This document shows positions 15,229-27,074 of a stretch of DNA of 64,000 bases, in pieces (the stretch's first letter is position 1; each line of letters begins with the position of its first letter). The stretch comes from Octopus bimaculoides (lineage: Eukaryota), in contig NC_068997.1 of NCBI RefSeq assembly GCF_001194135.2, positions 45,958,498 to 46,022,497 of the forward strand. The letters are read 5' to 3'. The notes under the pieces were generated by a model. That model was not told where the DNA came from and ran no database searches. It was given only the letters and a program-made list of their open reading frames with translations. The position numbers and the translations under genes were made by a program.

Positions 15229-15943
15229 GTATGTGTGTGTGTGTATATGTTTGCGTGTGTGTTTGTCCCCCCAACATCGCTTGACGACCGATGCTGGTGT
15301 GTTTACGTCCCCATAACTTAGCGGTTCGACAAAAGAGACCGATAGAATAAGTACTAGGCTTACAAAGAATGTCCTTGGGTCGATTTGCTCGACTAAAAGG
15401 CGGTGCTCCAGCATGGCCGCAGTCAAATGACTGAAAAGAGTAAAAGAGTAAGCCAATACTCGTCAGTTTAGCAAATCAAGTGACAAAAGTTTCTATAATT
15501 ACCTGAAATCTGCAAATTATCAATTCCACTATGGTTTTCTTCCTCTGAAGGAATCTGTAAGTATAAAAAAAAAGAATCAAAAATCTAATTGCCATTTTTT
15601 GCTTATATCTGTAATTCAATTGAAGTTAACTTTGATTAAAGTTAATCAAGACAGACCATTGATAGATTTGGAGTGAGAAATTTACATTTTTGGAAAACAA
15701 TGGACAATGCCAGAAGGGAGAAAGGAAGAGATGTGGGTAATCAGGAAGTACACCGAAGACTGTGGGTTAGCAATATGCAGGCTCAGGCAAAGCTGGTTAT
15801 AGGTCCATGCCAGATGTGAGATGTAAATCTCATTTCAAAAGATAACAGGCCAAGACAAGATGTGAGATAAAAGCTCCAATTTCACACTGCCCATCAAGTG
15901 TTTTAATACTCAGTGCTAAATATATGATTTACTTATGATTCAC

Positions 15944-15981
<38 letters not shown>

Positions 15982-18900
15982 ATATGGTATGTATGATGTA
16001 CTTACAAGTAATACTCTTTTACTTGTTTCAGTCATTTGACTGCGGCCATGCTGGAGCACCGCCTTTAGTTGAGCAAATCAGCCCCGGGACTTATTCTTTG
16101 TAAGCCTAGTACTTATTCTATCGGTTCTCTTTTGCCGAACCGCTAAGTGATGGGGACATAAACACACCAGCATCGGTTGTCAAGCAATGCTAGGGGGACA
16201 AACACAGACACACAAACACACACATATATATACATATATGCGACGGGCTTCTTTCAGTTTCCGCCTACCAAATCCACTCACAAGGCTTTGGTCAGCCCGA
16301 GACTATAGTAGAAGACACTTACCCAAGATGCCATGCAGTGGGACTGAACCCGGGACCATGTGGTTGGTAAGCAAGCTATTTACCACACAGCCACTCGTTA
16401 GAATAAAAGCCCTACATAGAACTATTTATAACAAAACAATTCTTTACCAAAGGAGCCCCATTTGCTACTAACCGGGGAAGAGGAGAGAGAAAGGCTTTCT
16501 TGAAAATCTTCAGCCTATATGCACCTCCTACCCCATCCCACAGACATGCACAAAAACATCTGCTCAAGCCTGGTAATATGTGCATCAGACCCAAACAGGC
16601 TGACAGGAACACAAAATGGTATGAAAAGCTATGAAATGAAGATTACAGATTACTTCAACGGAAGTGAAAGGTAAGTTCTGTTATACTGAGGATGTGGGTA
16701 TTGCAAGTAGAGTTACTACAGGAGGTAGAATTAATAATAAAATAATGGGTTTCACAAAACATAGACATGCATGATGTTGAAATGTATGTAAGTAGCAGGT
16801 TTGCTTCCACTGTTGTAAATACTTGTCTTCTATTACAATTCCATTCACATGTACTGTATCCCAGTTTTTAGAACAGATATGCTACATGTTGTAAGAAGGA
16901 TGGTTGCATGTTGTAAGAAGGATTGCCAATAAGATAAGCACCTGATCCTAAAACAGTTTCAGAAAAAACTGTCAACCCAACCCAGCATGAAAAAGCAGAC
17001 ATAAAACACGGGTGACAAGAAATATTGCTTTCAAATTTTGGCACAAGGCCAGCAGTTTTGGTGTGGGGGGAAAAATCAATTACGTTGACCCCAGTGCTCA
17101 ACTGGTACTGATTTTATTGACTCCAAAAGGATGAAAGGCAAAGTCGACTTCAGCAGAATTTGAACTCAGATTGTTAAGATGAATGAAATGCCACTAAGCA
17201 TTTTGCCTGGCATGCTAATGATTCTGCCATCTCACTGCCTTGGTGACAATGAATATTATAATTCCATTCCCCCTGTTCAAGTAATAAACCAACCCTAGTA
17301 CTTGGCTGATGCTTTTAATTTTATCAACTCCAGAAGGATGAAAGACAACGTCGACTCCAGTGGGATTTGAATTCAGAATGTAAAGAGCCACAACTGAATA
17401 ACAACAGGCATTTGTTGATAAGTCTACCAAAGCCACCACCTAAGTGTAATCTGCTGGACGTTTAGTGTAAACTTGTTGCTCAATTGCTCTAATTTATTTT
17501 CATTCCTTTTTAACCAAAACACTCAAGAATACCTGGGAATGTTGTTTCTAAAGGGAGTAACTCAGTTTACCTATAGATTCCATATTTAAAAAGGTCAGGG
17601 GAGAAAACAATTTTTTTTTCTTTGTTACTTGTGATTTGTGATGTTTGTAAGTCCATACTTGTTACTAATTACATTTAATTCATTACACCGTGTAACACAA
17701 TTTTTGCCCTTGGATAGTAACTGTTATTTCCTATTTGCTTACCCCTAGAAAGAATGAAATATGGTTAATATTTCCTTCAAACTTTGCTTTTGTAAAATTT
17801 ATTCAAACCCCTCTCAACACATGGCTATGTTGCTCCTCCACTACTCCTGCTCATGATCAGAGATGCACATATTGTCAGCCACTAAGGGACACAATACAGT
17901 TCCATATTTAAGAGATGAGAAATTATGTACATTATTTACATTTGACAGATATTTGTCCTCATCTTGTTTGTTGTTAACAACAAACAAGACGAAGACAAAT
18001 ATCTGTCAAATGTAAATAATGTAACTAAGGGACATGCTCAAGTGGATAAGGTCAAGTAACTGATAAGCAAATCTGTGGTATTGAGCAGAATATTTGCTAT
18101 AATGATATTTCTGCTTCAGCAACTCAGCACTGAATCTGTCTGAAATGTAATGAAAAATAGGTCAGTTTCAAAATACTGATGTCCAGGTCACAAAAGCAAA
18201 ATCTGAAGGGAATAGCAGTCACTTCCTTTGATTTCTAGATAGAGTCAATTAAGAAATAACATTGACTAAAGACAAAAAAAAACAAGTACTTGTATCAAAA
18301 ATCAGAGGGATCTTAGCTGCAAAGGGGTATCCAGTAAACCAGCAAATACGGTATATTATTATTAATAGTTTAGCCTTAAAACGTTTGGAAAAGTATATAT
18401 TGCCATGAAAAATACCATAAAAAATCGCAGATGATATTTATGATTCTGCGAACAATTATCAGTTCCACAAATAACCGGGACTACAAATGCCAAACCGCAA
18501 ATAAGCAAGGGTACACTGTATTTATATTGCTATTTATACCATTATATTCTGATTTTTTATTATTTTTAAGTTCTAGGTTCAGTTTGTGTTTTTTTATTTT
18601 CATAGAAATGATCTAGTTTCCTAAAAACATAGTCAAAAAGAAACCAATACCATGTGTGGGAAAAAATGACTTTCTGACAACAAATCAATGCTCAACCAAG
18701 GTAGACCTACATAAGACCACATGGATAATAATTCCCTTCACTAAACATTTAAAGACAAACTTTATAAAATCTACTACAAAGATTATTAATAAAAACTTTA
18801 GAAACACTAGATACGCAAAAATATTTAATAATAAACATATAAGATTCGGATTTTCAGTTTCTCCTAACCTTTTCAGGATAATATCTTCATTTGATAATAG

Positions 18901-21900
18901 GAAACTTGTGCACGCAAGTAATGTTTCGTTCCTCTCTCAGGTTAAGCAAGGGGAGTCCAGCCTTACTTCAGCACCCTGTTATAGTGTTAAAAATATAAAA
19001 TGTTACCTATGTATTAATGAAACATTTTTCATCTTTATGGCTAGACTCCACTTGCTCAACCCGAGAGAGGAACGAAACATTACTTGCTTGCACATAGGTA
19101 AACATGCATTCTCTGGATATAATTAAAATTAGTTAATTCTCTAATCCTCCTCTCCCATAGTAGTACCCATTATTCACCATAACCATAGATAATTTGTACT
19201 TAATTGACTGGCCAATGGACCAATTAATAAATTAAATTGATTAGTTTATTGATTAATGGCTACCCCACTTTGTTAAACTCAGCAATTTTACACCTTGAAA
19301 CAAATACAACCCCCCACCCCTAGTCCAATAACTTTTACCATTTCCTCCCACATAACACTCTCGTTAATTAACAACTCAATATCAACTGTTCACTTTCTAT
19401 AGTCATACGCACATAACTGTATATTCATGTGTGTGCATGAATATATATCTATATCTTTATGGCCGCTTGTGGATGCACAAGTACATTCATGGATATGTGG
19501 GTGTAGACCCATATGTGTGCGAAGGGGCACGGCAAGATAAACATGAACATGCACTCTTATACACATCACCCTCCTAGTTTCTAGCTAGTCCCCTTGACCA
19601 CCCCTCTTTTTGTTATCTGATAAACTCCATAACCCACTTTATTTTACTTTTGATATTTACCATAATGAGTTAGTCATTTTCACTCATATAAGAGTATATA
19701 CTTATATAGATTCACAAAAAAAATGTATAGGAATGTATATATATATACATATATGCGACGGGCTTCTTTCAGTTTCCGCCTACCAAATCCACTCACAAGG
19801 CTTTGGTCAGCCCGAGGCTATAGTAGAAGACACTTACCCAAGATGCCACATGGTTCCGGGTTCAGTCCCACTGCGTGGCATCTTGGGCAAGTGTCTTCTA
19901 CTATAACCTCGGGCCAACCAAAGCCTTGTGAGTGGATTTGGTAGACGGAAACTGAAAGAAGCCCGTCATATATATGTATGTGTGTGTATATGTTTGTCCC
20001 CCCAACATCGCTTGACAACCGATGCTGGTGTGTTTACGTCCCTATAACTTAGCGTTCAGCAAAAGAGACCGATAGAATAAGTACTAGGCTTACAAAGAAT
20101 AAGTCCCTGGGCTGATTTGCTCGACTAAAGGTGGGGCACCAGCATGGCTGCAGTCAAAAGACTGAAACAAGCAAATGAATAAAGGAATATATATACATAT
20201 ATTTCTTGAGGGTGTTCTTTTCCTCTGCAGTCTTCAGGTGCTTCTCCATCCGATATGCCTCAAAGTCTCTTTTCATTTGTTGACAAATCACTCCACTGAG
20301 AAGGGAATATTCAAGGTGATCTTCAATAGTCCTCTTCATATTCTTCCTCTTCTCGAGTAACTTCGTAGTTTCTTCCGAGACTCTTCCCTTCTTCTCTCTC
20401 AGACACACTCCCTTAGCCTTCGTTAGACACTCCTTTAGTTTCCCTATCAGTGAGTTGTAGTCATCGTCTATGTCGTCTCCTTTGCACCAGGTTTCCTGCA
20501 TGATGGCTTCCCGCACCTTTGCCTCGTTGAAGACTCTGACGCATTTTCCCTTCGACGCCAAATGCATCGCCTTCTTCTCCCTCGTCCCGTCGATGAGGAC
20601 CCTCGCCCTCCCCAGACAATGATCGCTGCCAGTGTTGAATGGCGTCACGATAGAGACGTCATGTAATATTCTCCGCTTATCGACCAGGATGTAGTCGATC
20701 TTGTTTCGATGCTCAGAGTTCAGCGATACCCAGGTCCATCTCTTCTTCTTCTTCCTGAATAGGCTGTTTCCGATGTAGAGCCGCCTCGCCTCTGCCATGG
20801 TAACCAAACGTTCTCTTCTCTCGTTTCTCTCTCCTATGCCAAATCTCACGACGTACTCTTCCTCTTGTCATCCATGTCCAACCTTTGCGTTGAAGTCTCC
20901 CATCACAACGGTGTAAGTGGACTTCACAGCCAGCCCTTTGTCTAGCTGTCGAGAAAATTCTTCCACTTTGCCGTTGCTGGCACTTGTGGGAGCATAGGTC
21001 GGGACAATCTTGAGGGTGGCCTTCCCTGAGAGGTATACGTTCAGTACACCAATCCCTGATGATATGAATTGGCAAGAAGCAACCCTCAAAGACCTTTCCT
21101 TACTTACAATGAATCCGAATGGTGGTCGGCAATGATGAAATAGAGGAGGTAAAGGAATATGTCTACCTGGGACACGAAGTGAATATGTGCCAAGACATCG
21201 AAAAGGAGATCTTGCGGAGAATATGGGCCGGATGGAAGGCGTTTAATGGCATAAGGGATGTGCTCAAAGGAAGGTTGGACAGGACCACCCGCGCCAACCT
21301 GATAAATAGCACAGTTCTACCTGCAACGTTATATGGTAGTGAAACATGGGCTACAACAAAGAGAGAAGAGATTGGTAACAGCTCAAAGAGCCATAGAGAG
21401 GTCAATGCTTGGAATCTTGTTGAGAGAGCACATCAGTAGTGAGGTGATCAGACAGAAGTCTGGCGTGAGTTTAGATGAGCTGGACACGTCGCCCGGCTCA
21501 CCAATAATCGGTGGACCCATGCGAGCAGAAATGACCACTCAGAAGGTCTCCACGGCGGTGGAGTTACGATTTTAGGAGGGCGATTGGGACCACGTGGATG
21601 AGGAAGGCACAATCCAGAGAGGAATGGACAGTGTTCTGTGACCAGTGGTGTCAAATGGACGTCCATCGGACTGGTCGATCAAGGTGATATATATATATAT
21701 ATATATATATAGAATCATCAGCATCGTTTAATGTCCGTTTTCCAGGCTGGCATGGGTTGGACAGTTTGACTGAGGTCAGGAGAACCAGCAGCTGCAACAG
21801 GCTCCAATCTAATCTGGCAATGTTTCTACAGCTGGATGCCCTTCCTAACGCCGACCACTCAGAGAGTGTAGTGGATGCTTTTTATGTGCCACCAGCACAG

Positions 21901-22488
21901 CAGCCAGTCAGGCCGACCTGACATCAACCACATTCGGATGGCGTTTTTTCCGTGCCACCGGTACAGGAGCCAATCAAGTGGACCTGGCCACAGCTACGAT
22001 ATTGGTTTTACTTGACTCAACAGGTCTTCTCAAGCATATCATATTGCCCGATGCATCAGGGGTATTCTTAACAGGGCCAGATATGCATGGCTGCGATTTC
22101 ACTTTAGTTGCCGGTTCTTCTCAATCACAGCCATCTGGTTCACCAGTCCTCAGTCAAATCGTGGAAGGCGGACGTTAAACGACGACGACAATGATGATAT
22201 ATATATATGTATGTATGTATGTATATATATATGTGTGTGTATGTATGTATGTATGTGTTTGCACCCCACCATTGATTGAACCGATGTTAGTGTGTGTACC
22301 TCTCCGTACACTAGCGGTCCGGCAAAAGAGAACAATAGATGTACTAGGCTTAAAAGAATAAGTCCTAGGACGATTTGTTTGACTAAAGGAGGTGCTCCAG
22401 CATGGCTGCAGTCAAATGACTGAAACAAAGAAAAGAATAAAAGAATGTATGTATACCTACATGTATGCATATATAGATACATGTATGA

Positions 22489-22520
<32 letters not shown>

Positions 22521-23422
22521 TTATATATATATGCACATAATTTATATATGATATAAACACATATATACACACACATACAATCATGTATGTATACAGATGT
22601 GTGTACATATTTATATGTACACACGCATCTATATACATACATGCATGTATGTATATGTGTGTATATATATATATATACCTACATGCATGCATATATAGAT
22701 AGATATATGAATGTATGTATAATGAATATGTGTCTAATTAGAGGATATATTAAGCTCGTAAAGGGATGGTTAGATCCTGCTGAAATGAACTGATAGGTCA
22801 GCATGTAATATCTCAAGGTATGTCTTTTTCTCTGATGAAATAATGCACAAATTTGTAATTAAATTATGGAGTATTTAATGAAATTTAATGGAAGCAGTAA
22901 AGATGACCAATTTGTTAATATTAGATAATTATTAACTTCCTTCTCTCAATTTTCTTTTCTTCATTTAACTATGTGTGTGTATAGATAGGTTGATAGATTT
23001 ACACACAGACATATATATATATACATATACATATATGTATGCATATATAGATACATATATGAATACATGTGTAGTATATAAATATATACACACACACACG
23101 CGCGCGCGCGTGTGCATATATAGATATATCGGTGGATTTTTTTTATTGCTTATCGTATAAATTCTGATATGCAGAAGACAGAATCCCCCCAAAAATTGTG
23201 AAACTTCGTAAAGATAAAAAAAGTTAGGGGTTTTAGTACATGCTTACATCATAATTTCGCCGATATATATATATTTACACATACATACACGTGTGCTTAG
23301 ATACATATATATATACACACACGTGTACAAATAGATACCTACACATATATATATATGCACGCATATGTAAACACACGCACACATATAAACTCATATATAT
23401 ACACACACACGATATATGTTTG

Positions 23423-23455
<33 letters not shown>

Positions 23456-24138
23456 GTATACACACACAAAACAAATGCATACGTATGTAGTTATGTACAT
23501 CGCTATAAAAATATATGTATATAACCATATACACTATATATATATACATACATTTAAATATACATACATACATTTATATATATATACATACATACATTTA
23601 TATATATATATATATATACATACATACATTTATATATATATATACATATTTATATATACAGGCATTCCTACAGAAATGTTCTACACACGCACATATATAA
23701 AGTACATACAGAAATGTTCTACACACACACATATATAAAGTACATATATGTAATCTTGTGTGTAAAATGGGAACGTTCCTCATCTGTGTGTGTGTGTGTG
23801 TATACACCTTTTTATTTATCTTATAAGAGTAAATATTCATGACGTGTAGCATACATTCTTTGGTAAACCTTTTACCTAAACCGATTCCAAGTGTTTAGTA
23901 TATGTGTATATTTATCATAAGCAAACAAGTGACGCACAAACGAAGTATAAATCTCTTTTGAAAAGCCTGAGACCAACCCGCTGTTTTTCAATTACAGAGA
24001 ATAATACGAAGGAGATCCAAGAAACTGTCTTTTACTTACCTTCTTCTCGCAAACTCCGTTGTTCTTTCTACTCGATTCTTCTGATGCGTTTTCACATCTT
24101 AGACGTTTTCCTTCGACATCTCGGTCAGCTAAATCCAT
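1109..24138 (-). CDS. Second SAFB-like paralogue, N-terminal part (3'-partial, continues past left edge)
   Basis: Exons 24040-24138, 15503-15554, 13403-13428, 9047-9080, 5852-6059, 2471-2505, 1109-1137. All GT-AG with chained phases 0,1,0,1,2,1. Exon 5 motif SEENESLIVLDDDIHNDLDADL matches SEKDVSLIVHVDDTQSDLEADL of the right-hand gene, and both exons end K-AG|gt in phase 2. Confidence 0.65.
1416..1803 (-). mobile_element. SINE family 1, minus copy
   Basis: Reverse complement of 1-402. Further minus copies approx. 5232-5628, 16013-16396, 54780-55175, 60113-60710, 63080-63470. Confidence 0.85.
2471..2505 (-). CDS. Left paralogue microexon 6 (35 nt)
   Basis: ttttcag|T PANSDDKKTKG A|gtaaga. Confidence 0.68.
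5852..6059 (-). CDS. Left paralogue exon 5 (acidic motif + Lys-rich)
   Basis: NAGNAG acceptor cagcag; VKSEENESLIVLDDDIHNDLDADLTASGKK...KEGKTK; AG|gtattg. Confidence 0.75.
6110..6560. repeat. Degenerate (GGT/AGT)n low-complexity tract
   Basis: Interrupted GGTGGT/GTAGTA runs. Confidence 0.85.
7320..7704 (-). mobile_element. tRNA-derived SINE family 4
   Basis: Minus-strand head GGAGGCACAATGGCCCAGT..AGGGCAGCGGACTCGCGGTCATAGGATCGCGGTTTCGATTCC; near-identical copy at 41103-41474; partial copies 13786-13935 and 34285-34640. Confidence 0.85.
7735..8250 (+). mobile_element. RTE-clade LINE fragment (post-RT region)
   Basis: YAYLGQEV...RAGWRAF...FNSTVLPAMLYACEIW...QRAMERSMLG. Confidence 0.88.
9047..9080 (-). 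CDS. Left paralogue microexon 4 (34 nt)
   Basis: gtacag|LPKKDGTAESL|gtttgt. Confidence 0.6.
10320..10620 (-). mobile_element. Degenerate RTE/BovB-like LINE C-terminus
   Basis: GRCKPYKDTLKTSLKEF...W*SLIRKGLRVFEQ. Confidence 0.55.
11440..13375 (-). mobile_element. Head-to-tail cluster of SINE family 2 copies separated by (TAA)n
   Basis: Repeated core CTGGTACTTAATTTATCGACCCYGAAAGGATGAAAGGCAAAGTCGACCTCGGCGGAATTTGAACTCAGAAC, all in one orientation. Dispersed copies also near 3840-4060, 4700-5060, 17030-17400, 29150-29605, 38820-39060, 57175-57360, 60460-60677. Confidence 0.8.
12117..12470 (+). mobile_element. R4/Dong-clade LINE fragment (restriction-like endonuclease)
   Basis: RHDSVGTYIHW...ILWDMPIHTD..IKANRLDIVV..CLLIDVSIP...KYKDLEIEVTRMWSLK; has a stop and a frameshift; directly follows (TAA)n. 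Confidence 0.85.
13403..13428 (-). CDS. Left paralogue microexon 3 (26 nt)
   Basis: ttttgtag|ACAATTTAAATATGGCTGAAAGTGTG|gtgagt; DNLNMAESV. Confidence 0.65.
14137..14812 (+). mobile_element. Degenerate DNA transposase N-terminus (tentatively Sola-type)
   Basis: FCYVCGQF..YKLYFDCPLGDQDK..APHFICSAC...DCYFC...RPVPH...FSQAELNDLVRDLSLSKDKAELL; in-frame stops; superfamily assignment uncertain. Confidence 0.7.
15503..15554 (-). CDS. Left paralogue exon 2
   Basis: cttacag|IPSEEENHSGIDNLQIS|gtaatt; 52 nt. Confidence 0.65.
17892..18023. mobile_element. Short insertion ending in a 96-bp spacerless palindrome, 11-bp flanking direct repeat
   Basis: ACTAAGGGACA at 17881-17891 and 18024-18034; 48-bp arms with 2 mismatches centred on GTTAAC; the left arm matches the dispersed repeat at 32805-32875 and near 43290. 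Confidence 0.85.
20210..21118 (-). mobile_element. RTE LINE APE-endonuclease segment, inverted
   Basis: YAPTS...VMGDFNAKVG...NERRERL...NSLFRKK..RWTW...IDYILV...GSDH. Confidence 0.92.
21119..21690 (+). mobile_element. RTE LINE 3' segment
   Basis: EYVYLGHEV...AGWKAF...NSTVLPATLYGSETW...QRAIERSMLG. Confidence 0.9.
22440..23800. repeat. Compound (TA)/(CA)/(TATG) microsatellite field
   Basis: Visible dinucleotide and tetranucleotide runs; a similar field lies at 25380-25600. Confidence 0.9.
24040..24138 (-). CDS. Left paralogue exon 1
   Basis: MDLADRDVEGKRLRCENASEESSRKNNGVCEKK; AAG|gtaagt; 99 nt. Confidence 0.65.
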
Positions 24139-25553
24139 GTGAAGAAACTGGACAATGTTTCAAAATTCGGAGAAATACAGAGAATGCGGGGTGGAGGGAT
24201 AGAAATGGTGTTGTAGGGGGAAGAAAAAATTTGAGAAATTGAAAAGAAACAAAATACTAAGCTAATGATTTAGGCAGAAATTCAGTGAAAAAAACATAAA
24301 ATAGAAACTATAAATAAATTGAGAAGAATAAATTATATATATATATATATATCTTCACACAGATATAAATATTACTTAGAACAACAACAAAACTAAGCCG
24401 AACAGAAGAGAAGAGAAATCCCGCAGCCAAATACATACATGAAATAATTTTTTCAAAAGAATAATTGCAAATTGAGGTTTAAAAATATTGTTAATAAATA
24501 TAGAAATAAATAAAATTAAATAAATGCTTTTTCAGTGAAAAATATTGACGTAATCAAATTTTATATTTCGACATTTTTTTAATTGTTATCTGTGTCGCTT
24601 GAAAACTTGTGGAGTGATGTGTATGAAATGGGTATGTACACACATGAAAATAATGTGTGTGTATATATATATATATATATAACCTGGGGGAAATACCCAA
24701 AATATTGAAAAGAATTAAAAAAGAATTCTTATTTCTATAAATATTAAATGATTAGATTCATTTTTAAATTGTATCAAATGTAAACTAAAAAAATGTAGAA
24801 ACCTTTACAAAATTTGACTGAATAAGTAGTAGAGAGATAAATAAAGTATAAGACAGTCGATAACCAGAATAGCAGTAATTCCAGTAAACAGTTAAAGACG
24901 AGAGTATTTGGAAGACGCGCCAATACTTGAGGAATGGGAACCCGAAAATACACTTATCAATTTTGGAAATTAATTTTTATTTTAGTCACTTCTTTATTTT
25001 TAATTGTTTATTTTACTTTCTCTTTTAGATGTAATTTATGTTGACGTTTGAAATTGAATTTTAAAAAGAAAGATTTATTTAATGGATTTTTTAAAATGAA
25101 CCTCTATTCAAACTAGATTATCTGCCCTTGACTACATTTTCCTTTTTTCAAGGTTAACTTTAGTTAACTCTGGGGACGTAGTTAAGGGAAAACTGACAGG
25201 AGTATAATAATGTCTTTATCGATTATTATTACTAACAATAATAGTAATATTGCATTTGGACAGAGAAATGCCAGCAGAACGTATAAGGTGTCATACTAAG
25301 TTTCATATAACAAGATAGCACAGAATGGTGAAACCACATAATAGACGCAACATGAATTTTCTGCTCATACCGTACTATATTCGGATATATATATATATAC
25401 ATATATTTTCAAATCTATATATATATATATATATATATATACATACATACATATATTTTCATATATATATATATATATATATCATATATTCATATATATA
25501 TATATATATATATATTCATATATATATGTATGTATATATACATACGTTTTAAT

Positions 25554-25584
<31 letters not shown>

Positions 25585-25859
25585 AAGAGAGAGAGAGAGT
25601 GCTTCTCCGGATTTATGTTTTCTCCAAACGATATATATGTATATATATATTTATAATCGCTTGTAGAAAACATAGATCTGAAGAAGCATACTCTTAAGAT
25701 GTGGAGCAGTTTATATTTTACTCGGGAAGGCCAGTTTATGGGACTGCCCTGAGTTTCCCATCCATAAAGGGAAACCAGGGTAATCCCATCAACCAGCCTT
25801 CCCCAGTAATAAATATACATACATATAAGTATCTTGAGAGAAAAGCTGAACATAAGAAG

Positions 25860-26499
25860 CATCAGTTGTGGTGTGCAAGAGAGACAATTGCGCTGGTTTG
25901 GACATGTGGTGAGAATGAATGAGGATAGCTGCGTGAAAAAGTGCCACACCCTAACAGTTGAGGGAACCCGTGGAAGAGGTAGGCCCAGGAACACCTGGGC
26001 TGAGGTGGTGAGGCAAGACCTTCAAACATTGGGCCTCACCGAGGCGATGACTACTGACCGAGACCTTTGGAAATGTGCTGTGCGTGAGAAAACCCGGCAA
26101 GCCAAGTGAGATCGTTGCCAGTGCCCCTGGACTGGCTCTTGTGCGGGTGGCACATAAGATGTANNNNNNNNNNNNNNNNNNNNNNNNNNNNNNNNNNNNN
26201 NNNNNNNNNNNNNNNNNNNNNNNNNNNNNNNNNNNNNNNNNNNNNNNNNNNNNNNNNNNNNNNNNNNNNNNNNNNNNNNNNNNNNNNNNNNACCATTTCG
26301 AGCGTGGCCGTTTTCGTGCGGGTGACATGTAAAAGCACCCACTACACTCTCTGAGTGGTTGGCGTTAGGAAGGGCATCCAGCTGTAGAAACTCTGCCAAA
26401 TTAGATTGGAGCCTGGTGTTGCCATTCGGTTTCACCAGTCCTCAATCAAATCGTCCAACCCATGCTAGCATGGAAAGCGGACGTTAAACGATGATGATA
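25860..26499 (+). mobile_element. RTE-clade LINE 3' end with UTR and (GAT)n tail
   Basis: ERQLRWFGHVVRM...GTRGRGRPRNTW...DRDLWK. The UTR (...GGAAAGCGGACGTTAAACGATGATGAT) also occurs alone near 6965-7040, 9985-10103, 32875-33100, 44690-45095, 47290-47625, 53690-53900, 56500-56766. Confidence 0.88.
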
Positions 26500-26521
26500 T
26501 GTGTATGTATGCATATATATA

Positions 26522-26583
<62 letters not shown>

Positions 26584-27074
26584 CTTATATACAAGGTGGC
26601 CCAAAAGTAGGTTTCCAGTTATTCAACTATCCCTTTTGCATTCATATAGTAACAGTTTAGATCTTAATTATGAAAAAAATATGAAATCATTATTCTATGC
26701 AAATTTAGTTTATTGTAAGATAGAAAATTAGTTCAGGAGGTATACTTTGTAGATCCAGCATCCTATAGAGCAAATCCCTGTCCACCAAGTCAAACACCTT
26801 GCAGAGGTCATACATATATGTGTGTGTGTACTTTTAGTATTATGCATCTGTGTGAGAGGTTCTCTCAGGAAGACTACTACAGTATTGGACATTGTAACAA
26901 TTTGTCCACATTGATTAGGAAATATACAGGACGCAGTGAATAAACTGTCATCTGAATTACACAAAAATGAAAATAAACACTGACATCTCATTTTAACAGA
27001 TATATTTACCAAAATTACATAAAAATATCTTGAAATACTAAAGAGTAAATTTATTCAATAAAATCACCATTGGC

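Noticed and set aside
14943-15364. Exact 206-bp direct duplication and the 273-aa ORF across it
   Set aside because: Same 10-N gap artefact inside a SINE
22150-23852. Many Y/I/H/T-rich ORFs
   Set aside because: Microsatellite translations
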